From assembly GCA_046563655.1 (NCBI GenBank), contig CM102286.1, forward strand, positions 14,694,001-14,758,000: 64,000 nt of DNA, in the 5' to 3' direction. The position numbers were made by a program, and so were the translations under genes. This document shows, one piece after another, positions 52,207 to 64,000 of the stretch. This DNA comes from Yuukianura sp. NJ FZ-2021 (Eukaryota). Position 1 is the stretch's first letter. Each line of letters begins with the position of its first letter. The notes under the pieces were generated by a model that was not told where the DNA came from, searched no databases, and saw only the letters and a program-made list of their open reading frames with translations.

Positions 52207-53888
52207 ATGAAAAAAGGTAAGTGAGCATCATTTTTACATAAATTATGTAAATACTTGCTAACTATTGATGTTTTATGTAACAGCCCAAGAATCCAGAAGT
52301 CATGCAGTTGGACCGTCTCAAGTGATTGCAAAATTCGAAGTGACTTTTGATCGATACACTGGAAATGTCACGCCTTCCATTCGTCCAGGAGACACCATTC
52401 AAGGGAAAGTGACTTACCTCATAGCCACTGGCACGCAACCCAAAGGTCAGCTAAATGTCAACCTCATGCTGCTAAGACCAATTCTGTATTCATCTTGACC
52501 TCTGACCTTTGACATTTCAGGACTAAAGCTCCAACTCATTGGAGACGAGAAGGTCAACTGGTTTGATCAGAAGGAACACAGTACCAAGAGATTCTTGACG
52601 CTGGATGTTGAAACTAGATCAGTCGTGGGAGTAGAGGGTAAGCTACAAACAAGTTTTTTAGAAATCTGTTTAAGAAAATTCAATTTTTTAAACTTTTTGT
52701 TCAAACAGGCAAGTACAAATTCAGAGTGATCGTACCACCAAAGCTGCCTCAGAGTTATACTGGGAAACAAGGCTCCATTCGCTACTGGATTGAGCCAGTA
52801 TTTGGTGAAGGAATTCTGACAGCCATTTCTGCAAGTACTCGCCACGAAGGGAAATTGAACACGAAACAACGGAATGACTTTTTGAAAAAGTATCGCACAC
52901 CGATCAAAATCTTACCATTTTTCGACCTGTCTGCGTATCCTAGTCTCCATTTGCCCATGGTCGTTATGAAGGACAACTCGGGTGTGTTTACTTCCAAGAA
53001 TCTAATTGAAATCATTCTGTCTCTACCGAAACTGGGCTACGTTTCGAACGAAACGATTGAATTTGACGTTCACATCATCAATGGATCTGACAAGGCCATC
53101 ACCTCTTCGGTCATAACTCTTGTTCAGGTTAGTTTTTACTTAAAACCGAATCACACTTAACTTAATTAGTACTAAAATTAACTAAATTTACAGGAAGCTA
53201 AGTTCCGTGCCGGTCCAATTAATCGTCAAGAAGTGAAAACTTTGTATGAGGAAACTGGACCACAAATGACTACGAAAGCTTGTGAAGCTTGGCATGGAAA
53301 GATCAAGATTCCGTCTAAAGTTTCTCCAATTTCAACACGATGCAGTTTCATTTGTGTGGACTACTACCTACGTGTAACTTAACTAATTAACATTGAAGCT
53401 AATTAATTAGGTTAGTTAAGTACATTTAAGTAATTATTGATTCGCAGGCAGCAGTGACCAGTACTGGTTTCATGGAGACTGTTGAAGCAAAAGTTCCGAT
53501 AGTAATTGGCACAGTGTCCACATCTGGAGTGGATGCAAATGAGGCATTGACCGGAGCTAGTCCATCGACAGCCATTCCGTTGTCATCGTCCATGGAGTCT
53601 TTGGCATCTCAAGTGACTTACTGTAGTCATGGTTACCTGGACAGGAGCTGTTGCGATGAGGATGCAAAGTTGCCCAACTATGACTCTCTGGCAGCTTCCC
53701 TGTCAAAGGTCAAGATCAAAACTGATGATGACTGGGAAACCATGTCTTGTAAGTTCGTAATTTCAAATTTCAAAAATATCCCGTTACAAAAATATAAAAA
53801 AGTGACACATTTTGATTGTACTTTGGCAGTCTCTTCTCTACCGGCCTATGAAGCTGTTGCTGGCTCCAGCGGATCGAAGAACAAGTGA
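52207..53888 (+). CDS. Arrestin domain-containing protein (alpha-arrestin; multi-exon)
   Basis: PGDTIQGKV, LPQSYTGKQGSIRYWI, LPKLGYVSNETI, ICVDYYL, PIVIGT, C-terminal LPNY/LPAY motifs. Confidence 0.88.
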
Positions 53889-54381
53889 AAGTACACTTCC
53901 GAAGTACTTACTTTGCCTCATGAAAACTAAATTTTGGCCTTTCAATTTTCAATTTCAATCGCTATTTAAAATACTCATTTTTCAAAAATTCCTAGAAATT
54001 CTTTTTAAAACTCATCTACGGCCTAAAATCCTTCAAAGATTTCCAACTTCTTGGCCTTTCCTTCAAAGTTCAAACGCATGATGCCTTTTCAAACTAAAAA
54101 GAGAAGTTAACACAAAAGACACAAAAGACTTTCCAATTTTAAAACAAAATTTGAATGTTGAACAATACGCGTGGTTTATTCCTATTTCGACATTACGCCT
54201 TTTAACAAATATTTAGTTTCATTATTTTAACGTTGACCACGTTTGCAAACATATTTTACACGCTTTGTACAAATAAAATCGTTATTGTTGAATTTTTTGA
54301 GGCAGTTTTTACAATGTCGGAGAGAAACTTATTTGTTACACTAAATTTTGTATTTCATGATGTGTTACACAAGATTTGCTA

Positions 54382-54456
54382 CATGATACATGAAAAGTGT
54401 ATCATGTATTATGATACATGAAAAGTGTATCATGTATCATGATACATGAAAAGTGT
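54382..54456. repeat. Short tandem repeat, ~29 bp, about 2.5 copies, internally self-complementary
   Basis: atgatacatgaaaagtgtatcatgtat repeated. Confidence 0.8.
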
Positions 54457-54993
54457 CTGTGGTACATAGTATGTTACTACAATATGTATGCACATCATGA
54501 GTTGTACATTACACGAGTACACTTTTACTTTTGGAGTTAAAGTACAAAGGGACCAAAGCAACTTTCATAACTTTGTTAATAATTTTTGAGTTTAATTATA
54601 GCTTGTCTCAAAACGATTGGATTGGAAAGCGTTTGTTTACAACAAAAAATGGATTTTAGTAAAAAGCCTAGCTTCATTATGTTATTTTGATTAACTTACA
54701 GTCCTGGAAAAAAATTATATGGACAAGCATTTTTCTTCAGCATACGTCTATTACTATAATTGCCAAGCTGTCAGCCAGAAAATTATACTCTACATAAAAC
54801 GGCAATGTAGCATATAAAATTACGGTGAAAACTCCCCTCGTTAATGAAAAACCTCAAAAAAAAGAAGTAAAAGTGGGAAAACCTGGTAAAAAATTATCCG
54901 GATTAAGAATTGTTTGAGGCAAATTTTAAGCTTCTTCTCACTCTCACTTAATAGTTTGTACACTAACTTTTTTTGTAGAGTTAACTTAACACT

Positions 54994-56287
54994 TTACTTG
55001 TATGATACCAGCATAAATGCAACTCCGCGTGCAATGTTGTCCAGCAATGTGAGTTTCGCTTGCTGTTCCATATGGTAAAGTCCGCCAACGGTTGACTTCA
55101 TTGTGGGCAGACTACGAGCTTTAGCTTTGAGTAGAGTGCTGTTCTCTTGGAGTGCCATGTCACCTTGGCCCAAGTGACGACTCAAAGTAGCCAAGTACTT
55201 TTTGGACAAGTTGTAAGTTTGTGACATAATGGCAGAAGCTGGTATGATGATGGATGTGATTGTGACAATCTCCACAACGAAGAATACTGTTAGAATTGTG
55301 CCCATGGCGACTCTAACTTTGGTTACTGCCAGCACACCCAACATTATGAAACAGATTCCACCGACCTTAGCAGTCGGTGTGAACATCCTTCCGAAAGCCT
55401 TGTTGTTCAGCTGGTTCACCAGCAACAAAACGCGGTAAAGCTCAATTGTGGTTGTGGCTGTTCTTGATGGATTTTTGCCCAAGGTTGAGCCACTCTCCAA
55501 CATTTGACTAAAAGGAAACATTCGTATTACTTTCTACATATAATATTATTATATAATATTCATATATTGAACATGCTGAACATATTGAATATGTTACCTG
55601 ATGTCTGTCAACGTAGAGCAGATTGTGATTAGACTGGCTTGGAACAAAGCAAATTCCGCCATGATGCAGACGGTGAGAAGAGCATAACCGAACGGAATGA
55701 TTCCACAACGAATGAGATTCCAGAGTCCGGTTTGGCGCGAATCCCAAATAGACCAAATCGCTTGACCTGCCATGCCTGGAATGCATGCTGGACTAAAAAC
55801 GGAAATGATAATGAACATCCTCTCCCGCCACTTGTTGGCAGTAACTAACTGGAGTCCACAGAGTCCTAACACGGTATAGGTCAAAGGTCAAACACATTTT
55901 AACAATATCTAGTGTAAACAATGAAAAAACCTAAGGTTTACCGCCTTCATTGATGTTCAAAACATGTGTAAGCAGTGGTAAGAATTCGTCTAGACCAACC
56001 CAGAGATTCAGGATTGAGAGCAACGCTAGTATGTAGCACAAAAGCGGCACGGAATTCAAAATTCCCACCTTGGTATGTCCAACTTTCAACTCCTCTATGG
56101 TTTTGACCAGAAGGAAGATGAAACTTGCAAACAAGAGAGAAAGGGCGCCAAAAAACAAACATTTACGAAAGGCGGACTTGTGAGGAAAAAGTTGACCGTG
56201 GTGACCCAGGTCAATAGGAAGCACTCCAGTTTTGAGTGCTACCGAAACTACGGCCGAGAAAACGCTAAGCTCTTTTTTGCTCAACAT
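54994..56287 (-). CDS. Gustatory-receptor-like multi-pass membrane protein A, ~375 aa; exons 55942-56287, 55598-55865, 54994-55507
   Basis: About 7 hydrophobic segments; C-terminus KAKARSL...GGLY.M...KLTLL; three phase-consistent exons; family call is by architecture only. Confidence 0.68.
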
Positions 56288-57050
56288 AATTTTCTCGCTC
56301 TTGTACAAATTTTCAAGTTGGCTTCTCGTTGACAATACGCTCAGATTTATATAGCTCATGCAGAATGGTAAATTCAAAAACTGACTTCAAAAAATTACAC
56401 GTTTGAATCATACTTTGAGTAATGAAAAAATTTTAATGACGCGGTAATTACAGGGTATGACAATTTTCCATTACATTCCATGACTGTACTTTCCCTTTTG
56501 AAACTAAACTCTAAGTGGAGCAAAAGCAACTTTAATAACTTCGTTAACTTAGTTTAATTACCTTATTCTATGTTACTTTGATTAAGTTATTTAAAGTCGG
56601 AACGGATACTAACCCAATAACCTTTCGTCGAGTAGACGTCTGCGTCTCTTCTAGTTTTGGAATTTCAAACTTCTCCCGCAAATTCTTCAAATTCTTCCAT
56701 CGCATTCTGAACGTCGAAAATCTAGACGAATTTAAAATTACTCCAAATTTCCAAAAATTCTAAAACTATAAAAAGAAAAGAAAGAAAGAAAATCTCAAAA
56801 TCTATTCTAACTCTATCTAAGAGTTTTATTATTTTAACATCAAGTTCGTAAACATATTTTACATACTACAAATAAAATTGTTATTGTTGACATTTTTGGG
56901 CTTAGCTTTGCATGGTTCGAAGAGAACTTTTGTGTTTGTATAATAAATTTTGTACGATATGTGATGTGTTGTAAATGATTTGTTCCAGTATGTTTATACA
57001 TGATGTGTTACATTAAATAATTGCATTACATTTCTGTGAAAATTAACACT

Positions 57051-58314
57051 TTACTTGTATGATACCAGCATAAAAGCAATTCCGCGTGCAATGTTATCCA
57101 GCAATGTGAGTTTGGCTTGTTGTTCCATATGGTAAAAACCGCCTATGTTTGACTTCATTGTGAGCAGACTACGAGCTTTAGCTTTGAGTAGAGTGCTGTT
57201 CTCTTGGAGTGCCATGTGACCTTGGCCCAAGTGACGACTCAAAGTGGCCAAGTACTTTTTGGACAAGTTGTAAGCTTGTGACATAATGGTAGATGCTGGT
57301 ATGATAATCAACGCTGTTGTCACAATTTCCATGACGAAGAATGCTGTCAAAATTGGGCCCAGGGCTACTCTAACTCTCGTTACTGCCAGCACACCGAGCA
57401 GTACGAAACAAATTCCACCGACCTTACAAGTCGGTGTGAACATCGTCCCGAAAACTTTGTTGTGCAGTTGGTTCAAAAGCAACAAACAGCGGTAAGTTTG
57501 AATCGTGGTGGTGACCGTCTTTGACTGATTTTTGCCCAATGTTGAACAACTCTCCAACATCTGACTACGGAAACATTAATATTATGTTCCTACTATCTAC
57601 ATTAATATATAATTATGTTTATGTTATATATTGAATATGTTACGTAATATCTGTCAGTGTAGAACAGATTGTGATCATGCTGGCTTGGAAGAACGTCAAC
57701 TCCACCATGACATAAACCGTCAAAACGCCAAAACCGAACGGAATGATGCCACAACGGACGAGATTCCAGAGTGCAGTTTGGCTTGAATCAAAAATACACC
57801 AAATGGCTTGAACAGCTACGCCTGGGGTGCTTGCTGTAGCTAAAACTGGAATCAGAACGTACAGCCTCTCCCGCCATTTGTTCCTGGGTCCACTGTAGCC
57901 TAGCACAGTAAAGTCAAAGTCATTTTTAGCAATATTGTACTCAAAAACATTAAGAAATTAAAAATTACCGCCTTCATTGATGTTCAAAACATTTGTAAGG
58001 AGTGGTATGAATTCATCTAGACCAACCCAGAGTGTCGTCATCAACAATAACGTTAGAGGGTAGCACAAAAGTGGCATGGAATTCAAAATTCCCACCTTCG
58101 TCTGCCCAAGTTTCAACTCCTCAATGGTTTTGACCAGAAGGAAAATGAAACTGGCAGACACTAGGGGAAAGGCGCCAAGAAACAAGCATTTACGAAGAGT
58201 AGATTTGCGCGGTACAAGTTGACCGTGCTGACCCAGGTCAACAGGAAGCACTCCCGTTTTGAGTGCTAACGAGACCACGGCCGAGAGGAAACTAAATTCC
58301 CTTTGGCTCAACAT
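57051..58314 (-). CDS. Gustatory-receptor-like membrane protein B, tandem paralog of A, ~371 aa; exons 57969-58314, 57644-57899, 57051-57564
   Basis: Same exon sizes (346 and 514 nt) and intron phases as A; high similarity; duplicated flanks. Confidence 0.68.
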
Positions 58315-58731
58315 ACTTTTCCCGCTCTTTTCAAATTTTCAAAATATCTTCTCGTTTATACACTACGCTTGAACTTATATAGTTATTGCAGAGTGGGAAA
58401 TTTGAAAACTGGTTTCAAAAAATGGAGATTTTGAGTCATATTTTGGGTAATGAGAAAATTTTAATCAACTGTTAATTACGGGGTGTAGGATTTTAAATTA
58501 CATTTCACCAGTGAACTTTAAAATTTACTTTTGAAATTGAACCATAATTGAAGTAAAAGCAACTTTAATTACTTTGTTAATTTAGTTTAATTAACTTAGT
58601 CCATATTATTTTGATTAACAAATGTTATGTTATGTACATGACTAACATAAAATAACCTAATCAACGCACCCTAACATTAAGTTGGAATTAACACGACAAT
58701 TTTAGTTTGGAAGTACAGAAGTTATGACATC

Positions 58732-60690
58732 TTAGGTACCTTGGGTTTGAAATTTTTTCGTGCACTCTATCAGAAATATTACGGTACTCCCTGCTAGACA
58801 AGTACACAGCAGTAGCAAAATTTGTTTATAATGTTTAACTTGCAAAGGTTTGCGAGTTTTTGTCTCTTCTAGTTCCGGAAATTCAAAATTCGTTCTTTCC
58901 CGCGCCCAAATTCTTCCCTCTGACTCCGATTGTCGAAAATCTCGAATCACACTGTACTGCGGTAAAAAGGCTGCGTACGCCAAATGTACAATTCTGTCAA
59001 CAGATTCTCTGTACACTGCATTTTTGTGTGTAGCAATACAACCGTGTAGGTAAAAAGCACTTTTTGCCTCCGGTGAAATCTGTAACATTTTCCGTCCACT
59101 TGAATCCGTAAAGTTTTTACATGTAACCAATTCAAGTACTTCACGGTAACAAATACACGCTGCATACTCCTTTTTAATTGCGTTTCCAATACACTGTGTC
59201 GTTACTTCTGTTATTGTCATGCGTTTTACAATTTTCCGAAAAGTTGGGGTTTGAATTGAATTCAAAACGGCTGTAAGGGCTCCCCCGTAACCCCTTACGA
59301 CAATTTCAAAATTTTCAAGGTCACTTAGCTCCTCAAAAGTTGTTGGCAAGTATTCCGGTGACCCTTGAATCATGAGGTCAAGCAACTTACTTTTGTAGAC
59401 TGTAGAAATTATGAGGGCAAAATAGAACCAAAATGCAAACAAAATTTTAACGGTTTCTGTTTTTGGTTCCTCGGATTTCGGAATTTCTTGTTCAAAAAAC
59501 GGAAGGTAAATGAAATTTATACTTCTGGAAACTAGAATTTTCCATCGAGGGGCATTGCTGCCTAGGTTTTTCTCTTCATTTTTATCTCCGTTATCTTCGT
59601 TTATCCCAAAAGTAACTTTGACTAAAACTATGTAAAATGGTAAAACTACTCCAAAACAAATGCCAACGAGTAAGAAAAATGCATCAATTTGAAAAGCATT
59701 AAAACTTGAGGTTTTAACTGGAAACCGTGTACTTAAAACTACATTGCCAGTTACAATTAAGTGTGAGAAATAAGCAACTTCGAATCTACCTATGTGTTGT
59801 GCAAGTGTAGCAATATCAATATTTCCCTTAGCAATTTGTCCGATTACTCCCGAGTAAGATCCATTCGGTAATTCAGTTCCATATTCCGTATCTGGATGAG
59901 TAGAAATGGAACAATTTAGGGTTGATTTAAATGCATCCAATACTGGACTGGACACCCCTCCATAGTATTCCCATTTCCCGCCATTCTTTTTAAAATTTAC
60001 TAAAACTGGATTTCTTTTAGAAGTTGAATATCTTAGAGTTCTTCCATGTAAATTCCTTGTGTAATCTGGAAATAACTGCTCAGAGGTCATTGACCTTTCA
60101 AATTTTCTGGTGATGACCTTTGGCTCTCCGTTGTTGCAGAAATGACAAAATGAATTGTACAAAAATTCTTGATTTTGATCCCATGTGACCTCCAATTTGA
60201 ATTTTGAATTTGAGAGTTCTTTGGCAAAGATGAGTTCTGAGTTGTGCTTTTTCAGTTGAAAAATGATTGTGTGATCTTGAGAGGCGTCAAGAGATAGATG
60301 GCGCTTGAGTGACACGAACCTTAAAAGCGAATCTGGATTCTCTCCATTTTCCAATAGTAGAAGGTTTAGTGACCCTGAAACGCTAAAACGCTGAAAATGC
60401 TGAAAATGCTGAAACGTTGTTCGGTTGTGCTGCCTCAAATTTATCTGAACTTGCAAGGATAGAACGAAAAGACAAAACGATTTTAGAGTCGACGTTTCCA
60501 GAATTTCAAATTCGAAATCCTTCCCACTCAAATCGGTTAGCAAATTGACATTACTTTTTGAACTAGCTTTGAAAAGTTTTTGAAATACTAAATCCTGACT
60601 TTGTTCAAACTTCGACCTTTGACCTCTACATTGAACTTGTTGAAACAAAAGTGACAAGAGGACAACCTTCCACAAAATTTTTGAATCCAT
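58732..60690 (-). CDS. Intronless divergent ionotropic receptor (IR, variant iGluR), 652 aa
   Basis: Signal peptide; LFPDYTRNLHGRTL; S1 lobe YGTELPNGSYSGVIGQIAKGNIDI; TM helices incl. WFYFALIISTVYKSKL; PTTFEEL; terminal TM STVIFLIE. Confidence 0.92.
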   Translation of the reverse strand: MDSKILWKVVLLSLLFQQVQCRGQRSKFEQSQDLVFQKLFKASSKSNVNLLTDLSGKDFEFEILETSTLKSFCLFVLSLQVQINLRQHNRTTFQHFQHFQRFSVSGSLNLLLLENGENPDSLLRFVSLKRHLSLDASQDHTIIFQLKKHNSELIFAKELSNSKFKLEVTWDQNQEFLYNSFCHFCNNGEPKVITRKFERSMTSEQLFPDYTRNLHGRTLRYSTSKRNPVLVNFKKNGGKWEYYGGVSSPVLDAFKSTLNCSISTHPDTEYGTELPNGSYSGVIGQIAKGNIDIATLAQHIGRFEVAYFSHLIVTGNVVLSTRFPVKTSSFNAFQIDAFFLLVGICFGVVLPFYIVLVKVTFGINEDNGDKNEEKNLGSNAPRWKILVSRSINFIYLPFFEQEIPKSEEPKTETVKILFAFWFYFALIISTVYKSKLLDLMIQGSPEYLPTTFEELSDLENFEIVVRGYGGALTAVLNSIQTPTFRKIVKRMTITEVTTQCIGNAIKKEYAACICYREVLELVTCKNFTDSSGRKMLQISPEAKSAFYLHGCIATHKNAVYRESVDRIVHLAYAAFLPQYSVIRDFRQSESEGRIWARERTNFEFPELEETKTRKPLQVKHYKQILLLLCTCLAGSTVIFLIECTKKFQTQGT

Positions 60691-61183
60691 TGACGCTAAA
60701 ATCCTAAATGCAATTTCGGTTCTCGTGGAACTGACTTTTTATACTGTTACGATGGATCTTCAGACAAAAAAAAACTCCATTAACTTTATGTTAGTCTTTC
60801 TCATTTTTTTGAAACATTTTTGAAAAAACGAAACTTATTGCGTTTCATAATGCAATGTGTCGGTCTGGGGAAATTGAGTTTTGTGTTTGTCAAATACAAA
60901 CACGATTCTACATCTAATTCTTAATTTGAAATTAATTAGAATTACACAACTTGCGAAGTTGTTTGTTGTTCAAACCACCAAAATTTGAAAAGAAATGTAA
61001 ATGAATGAAAGGAAGTGCGGTTTCAAGTTCCGTGAAAATTCAATGCCAAAACTAAATTTTCCAATGCAAACGAAACTTTCCTCAAAAACATATTACGTAA
61101 AAGTAAATTTGTTAGTTAAACTTTCAGTTTTGATTTTAGTAAAAGCCAGTTTAAGTTTATACTTTTTAAGAATAAGTTCAAGC

Positions 61184-63094
61184 ATGATTTCATTCCTAGT
61201 TTTGCTGCTTGGAATTAGCAGTCAATTAAAAGCAGTAATTAACAAATTGGCAATCCAATTAAGAATTAATGATAATACAAATAAATGAATGTTATAGTAT
61301 AATAAATGTTATAATATAATAAAAATTATAATATAATAAATATATTTGTTACTACAGGTTGCCTCAACTGACGTGTCTGGTCCGTCATCATTCAACTTGG
61401 CGTACACTGGCGTCGTTTTTGGTCCATACGTTAAAAATCGATTTCCCAATGGTACTTCGCCGAATTGGAAAAGTTACTCGGACGAGGAAATCAGTGCTTT
61501 ACTCAAGTTGACGTCAACCAAATTCAAACATATCACAACATATGGCATGGGCGTTGGCGGTAAGATCGAAAATTTTCAAAATATCAAATTTTGAAACCAG
61601 TTGAACCAAGGTTTCTTGACAACGCAAAGTTAAATTACATTAACAGGTTGGGTACTACCTCGTTTGTTGACAAAGAACGAAAACTACAAAAAATTAGTAG
61701 CCAATCTAAAAAATTGGTACCAACTTGTAAGCAAAATTTAGAAAATTAGCTGTATGACTATGATGCCCCGAAATGAAAAGATACTTTTTTTTGTAAATTT
61801 GAAAAATCCTGAGGTATTACTCAACCTGTTAAAGAAAATCAAAAGTCAACAAACCTTGAGTTTAACACTGACCCATTTCAGATCCGAATGGCCACTGGCG
61901 TGATGGAGACGGTGCTGGACTAGTGCCGTTTCTCTCAGCGGTGCACAACTCTAACAAATTCAACCGAAAGTTGTCCGTGTCTATTGGGGTCTGGCACAAC
62001 CACATTGCCAAACTCTACCAGCGTGAAGTGTTTAATGCATTTGAAGCTGCGAGGGAAGCGAACGCAAAGTACGAAAATACTGTTTGGGGCATAGCTCTGA
62101 CCAGTTTCCTCTACATGGGACCCCGGAATGACCAAATTCTGCAGTTCTTAGAAACAAACCGACCACAAGCACGTCAATACGGACTCAAAATTGGCGTCAG
62201 AATTGATTTTTGTGACCAAATCCTTCAGACGAACCTACTTGAAGAAGAGTACATGTAGTTCTTTATTTCAAAATTTTAACCTCTAAACCAAGGTTTTGAC
62301 TAGGGATTTTCTTTAACAGGTTGGGTAATACCTCATATTTTTTTTCGATTTTGTAAGAAAAATTATCTTTTCATTTCGGTGCATCGTAGTTAACAATACA
62401 CCCATTTTTTTTAAATTTTGCATACGAATTGGTATCAATTTTTTGGATTGGTACTAAATTCGCACGAATTTGTGTTTTTTTAACAAGCGAGGTAGTACTC
62501 ACCCTGTTAAAGGAAATTAACTTTTCATTGTCAAGGAACCTTGCTCTAAACTATCTTTTTGAAATTGTCGTTTTGAGAACCTTTTTTTTTTGAAATGTCA
62601 GACAAGGCCTTTATTCCGCCGTTCCATTGTCTCCCGAAGACCAACCTCTGTCAGATATTCAAAGAATTGCGCGCGCAGCGGATTTTGTGATATGCATTAA
62701 TCAGCCTCCTGCGAATTTGGTGAGTCAAGGAGTAGAGGTCGCTGCGGAGTCATTGATGGCCGAAATGACGTTGATTCAGAAACTCATGAAACAAGAAAAC
62801 GAGGTCATTGACCTCTGGTTTGAAACTGGCTGGCCAAGTGCCGGCATTAGTAGAAGTGGTTCAAAAAATACTGCCCGAAATCTACGAACTTATTGGAATT
62901 TGATGTCCCAACTTGGTACCAAATTCAAAATTCATCTGTACATGTTCACTGCCTTTGATGAACCGTGGAAGATCAATCCCAAAGCAAACATCACTGATCC
63001 GCATGGTCCTAACGGTGCGGAATCACACTACGGTTGGTGGCGACTGCTGGACAACAATGACTTTTCGAAATTTGAAGAAAAAAAACTGCGGTAA
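61184..63094 (+). CDS. Secreted glycoside hydrolase family 17-like protein (beta-1,3-glucanase fold); exons 61184-61234, 61358-61559, 61882-~62254, 62602-63094
   Basis: Signal peptide; GVVFGPY, ITTYG, VSIGVW, WFETGWPSAG, FTAFDEPWK, AESHYGWW; phase-consistent introns (the exon 3 donor has two possible positions). Confidence 0.82.
61607..61858. mobile_element. MITE copy 1 in GH17 intron 2 (8-bp TSD; hAT- or P-type)
   Basis: CAAGGTTT...AAACCTTG ends; subterminal ttaacaggttgggta/tactcaacctgttaa; flanks agttgaac/agtttaac. Confidence 0.82.
62289..62543. mobile_element. MITE copy 2 in GH17 intron 3, inverted relative to copy 1
   Basis: CAAGGTT...AACCTTG ends; perfect 8-bp TSD ctctaaac; interior is the reverse complement of copy 1. 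Confidence 0.88.
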
Positions 63095-64000
63095 AAATAC
63101 TGCGTACACCAAGTATACGATTCTGTCAACAGATTCTTTGTACACTGCATTTTTATGTGTAGCAATGCAACTGTGTAAATAAAATGCACTTTTCGCCTCC
63201 GCTGAAATCTGTAACATCTTTCGTCCACTTGAATCCGTAAAGTTTTTACATGTAACCAACTCCAGAACTTCACGGTAAGAAATACATGCAGCATACTCCT
63301 TCTTTTAGTTGTGTTTCCAATACATTCTGTCGTTACTTCTGCTATTGTCATCCGTTTTACAATTTTCCTGAAAATTGGGGTTTGAATTGATTTCAAAACG
63401 GCTGTAAGGGCTCCCCCGTATCCCCTGACGACAATTTCAAAATTTTCAAGGTCACTTAACTCCTCAAACGTTGTTGGCAAGTACTCTGGTGACCCTTTAA
63501 TCATGACATCAATTTCATCATCAATTTCTTGTTCAAAAAACGGCAGGGAAATAAAATTTATACCTTTGGAAAATAAAATTTTCCATGGAGGGGCATTGTT
63601 GCCTAGGGTTTTAACTCTGTGTTTACCTCTCCTTTTATTTCTGTTTTTATCTCTATTCGTATCTCTGTTTTTATCTCCGTTTTTATCATCGTTATCTGTG
63701 TTTATCCCAGACGTAACTTTGACTAAAACTATGTAAAATGGTAAAACTATTCCAAAACAAATTCCAACGAGTAAGAAAAATGCATCAATTTGAAAAGCGT
63801 TAAAACTTGAGGTTTTAACTGGAAACCGTGTACTTAAAACTACATTACCAGTTACAATTAAATGTGAAAAATAAGCAACTTTGAATCTACCTATGTGCTG
63901 TGCAAGCGTAGCAATATCAATATTTCCCTTAGCAATTTGTCCGATTACTCCCGAGTAAGTTCCATTCGTTAATTCAGTTCCATATTCCGTATCTGGATGA
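63085..64000 (-). pseudogene. Disrupted duplicate of the IR at 58732-60690; continues off the right end
   Basis: Close match to ~58956-59899, but with a +2 frameshift near 63300, loss of a TM helix near 63505-63525, a 12-nt repeat expansion and 3' truncation. Confidence 0.88.

Overview
AT-rich eukaryotic genomic DNA with short GT-AG introns. It is an arthropod (homothorax, ionotropic receptor, GR-like genes); a springtail or other basal hexapod is plausible, but that is inference. From left to right: the 5' exons of homothorax/Meis; a tandem pair of small secreted 8-cysteine defensin/toxin-like peptide genes; a 1.1-kb foldback element; then a compact housekeeping block (divergent ADP/ATP translocase, RCE1, DDX46, an LRR surface protein, WDR48, a small membrane protein, NSFL1C/p47, IBA57 followed 18 nt later by CDPF1, RBM34). 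Next come a young non-autonomous LTR element, a ZC2HC1-like gene, DDX20 with a deleted pogo-type transposon upstream, a divergent HP1 and an alpha-arrestin. The window ends in a chemosensory/accessory block: two GR-like genes, an intact ionotropic receptor (IR), an intron-containing GH17-like gene that may be horizontally acquired, and a broken IR copy. All exon boundaries were read by eye, and family calls rest on recalled motifs, not on database searches.
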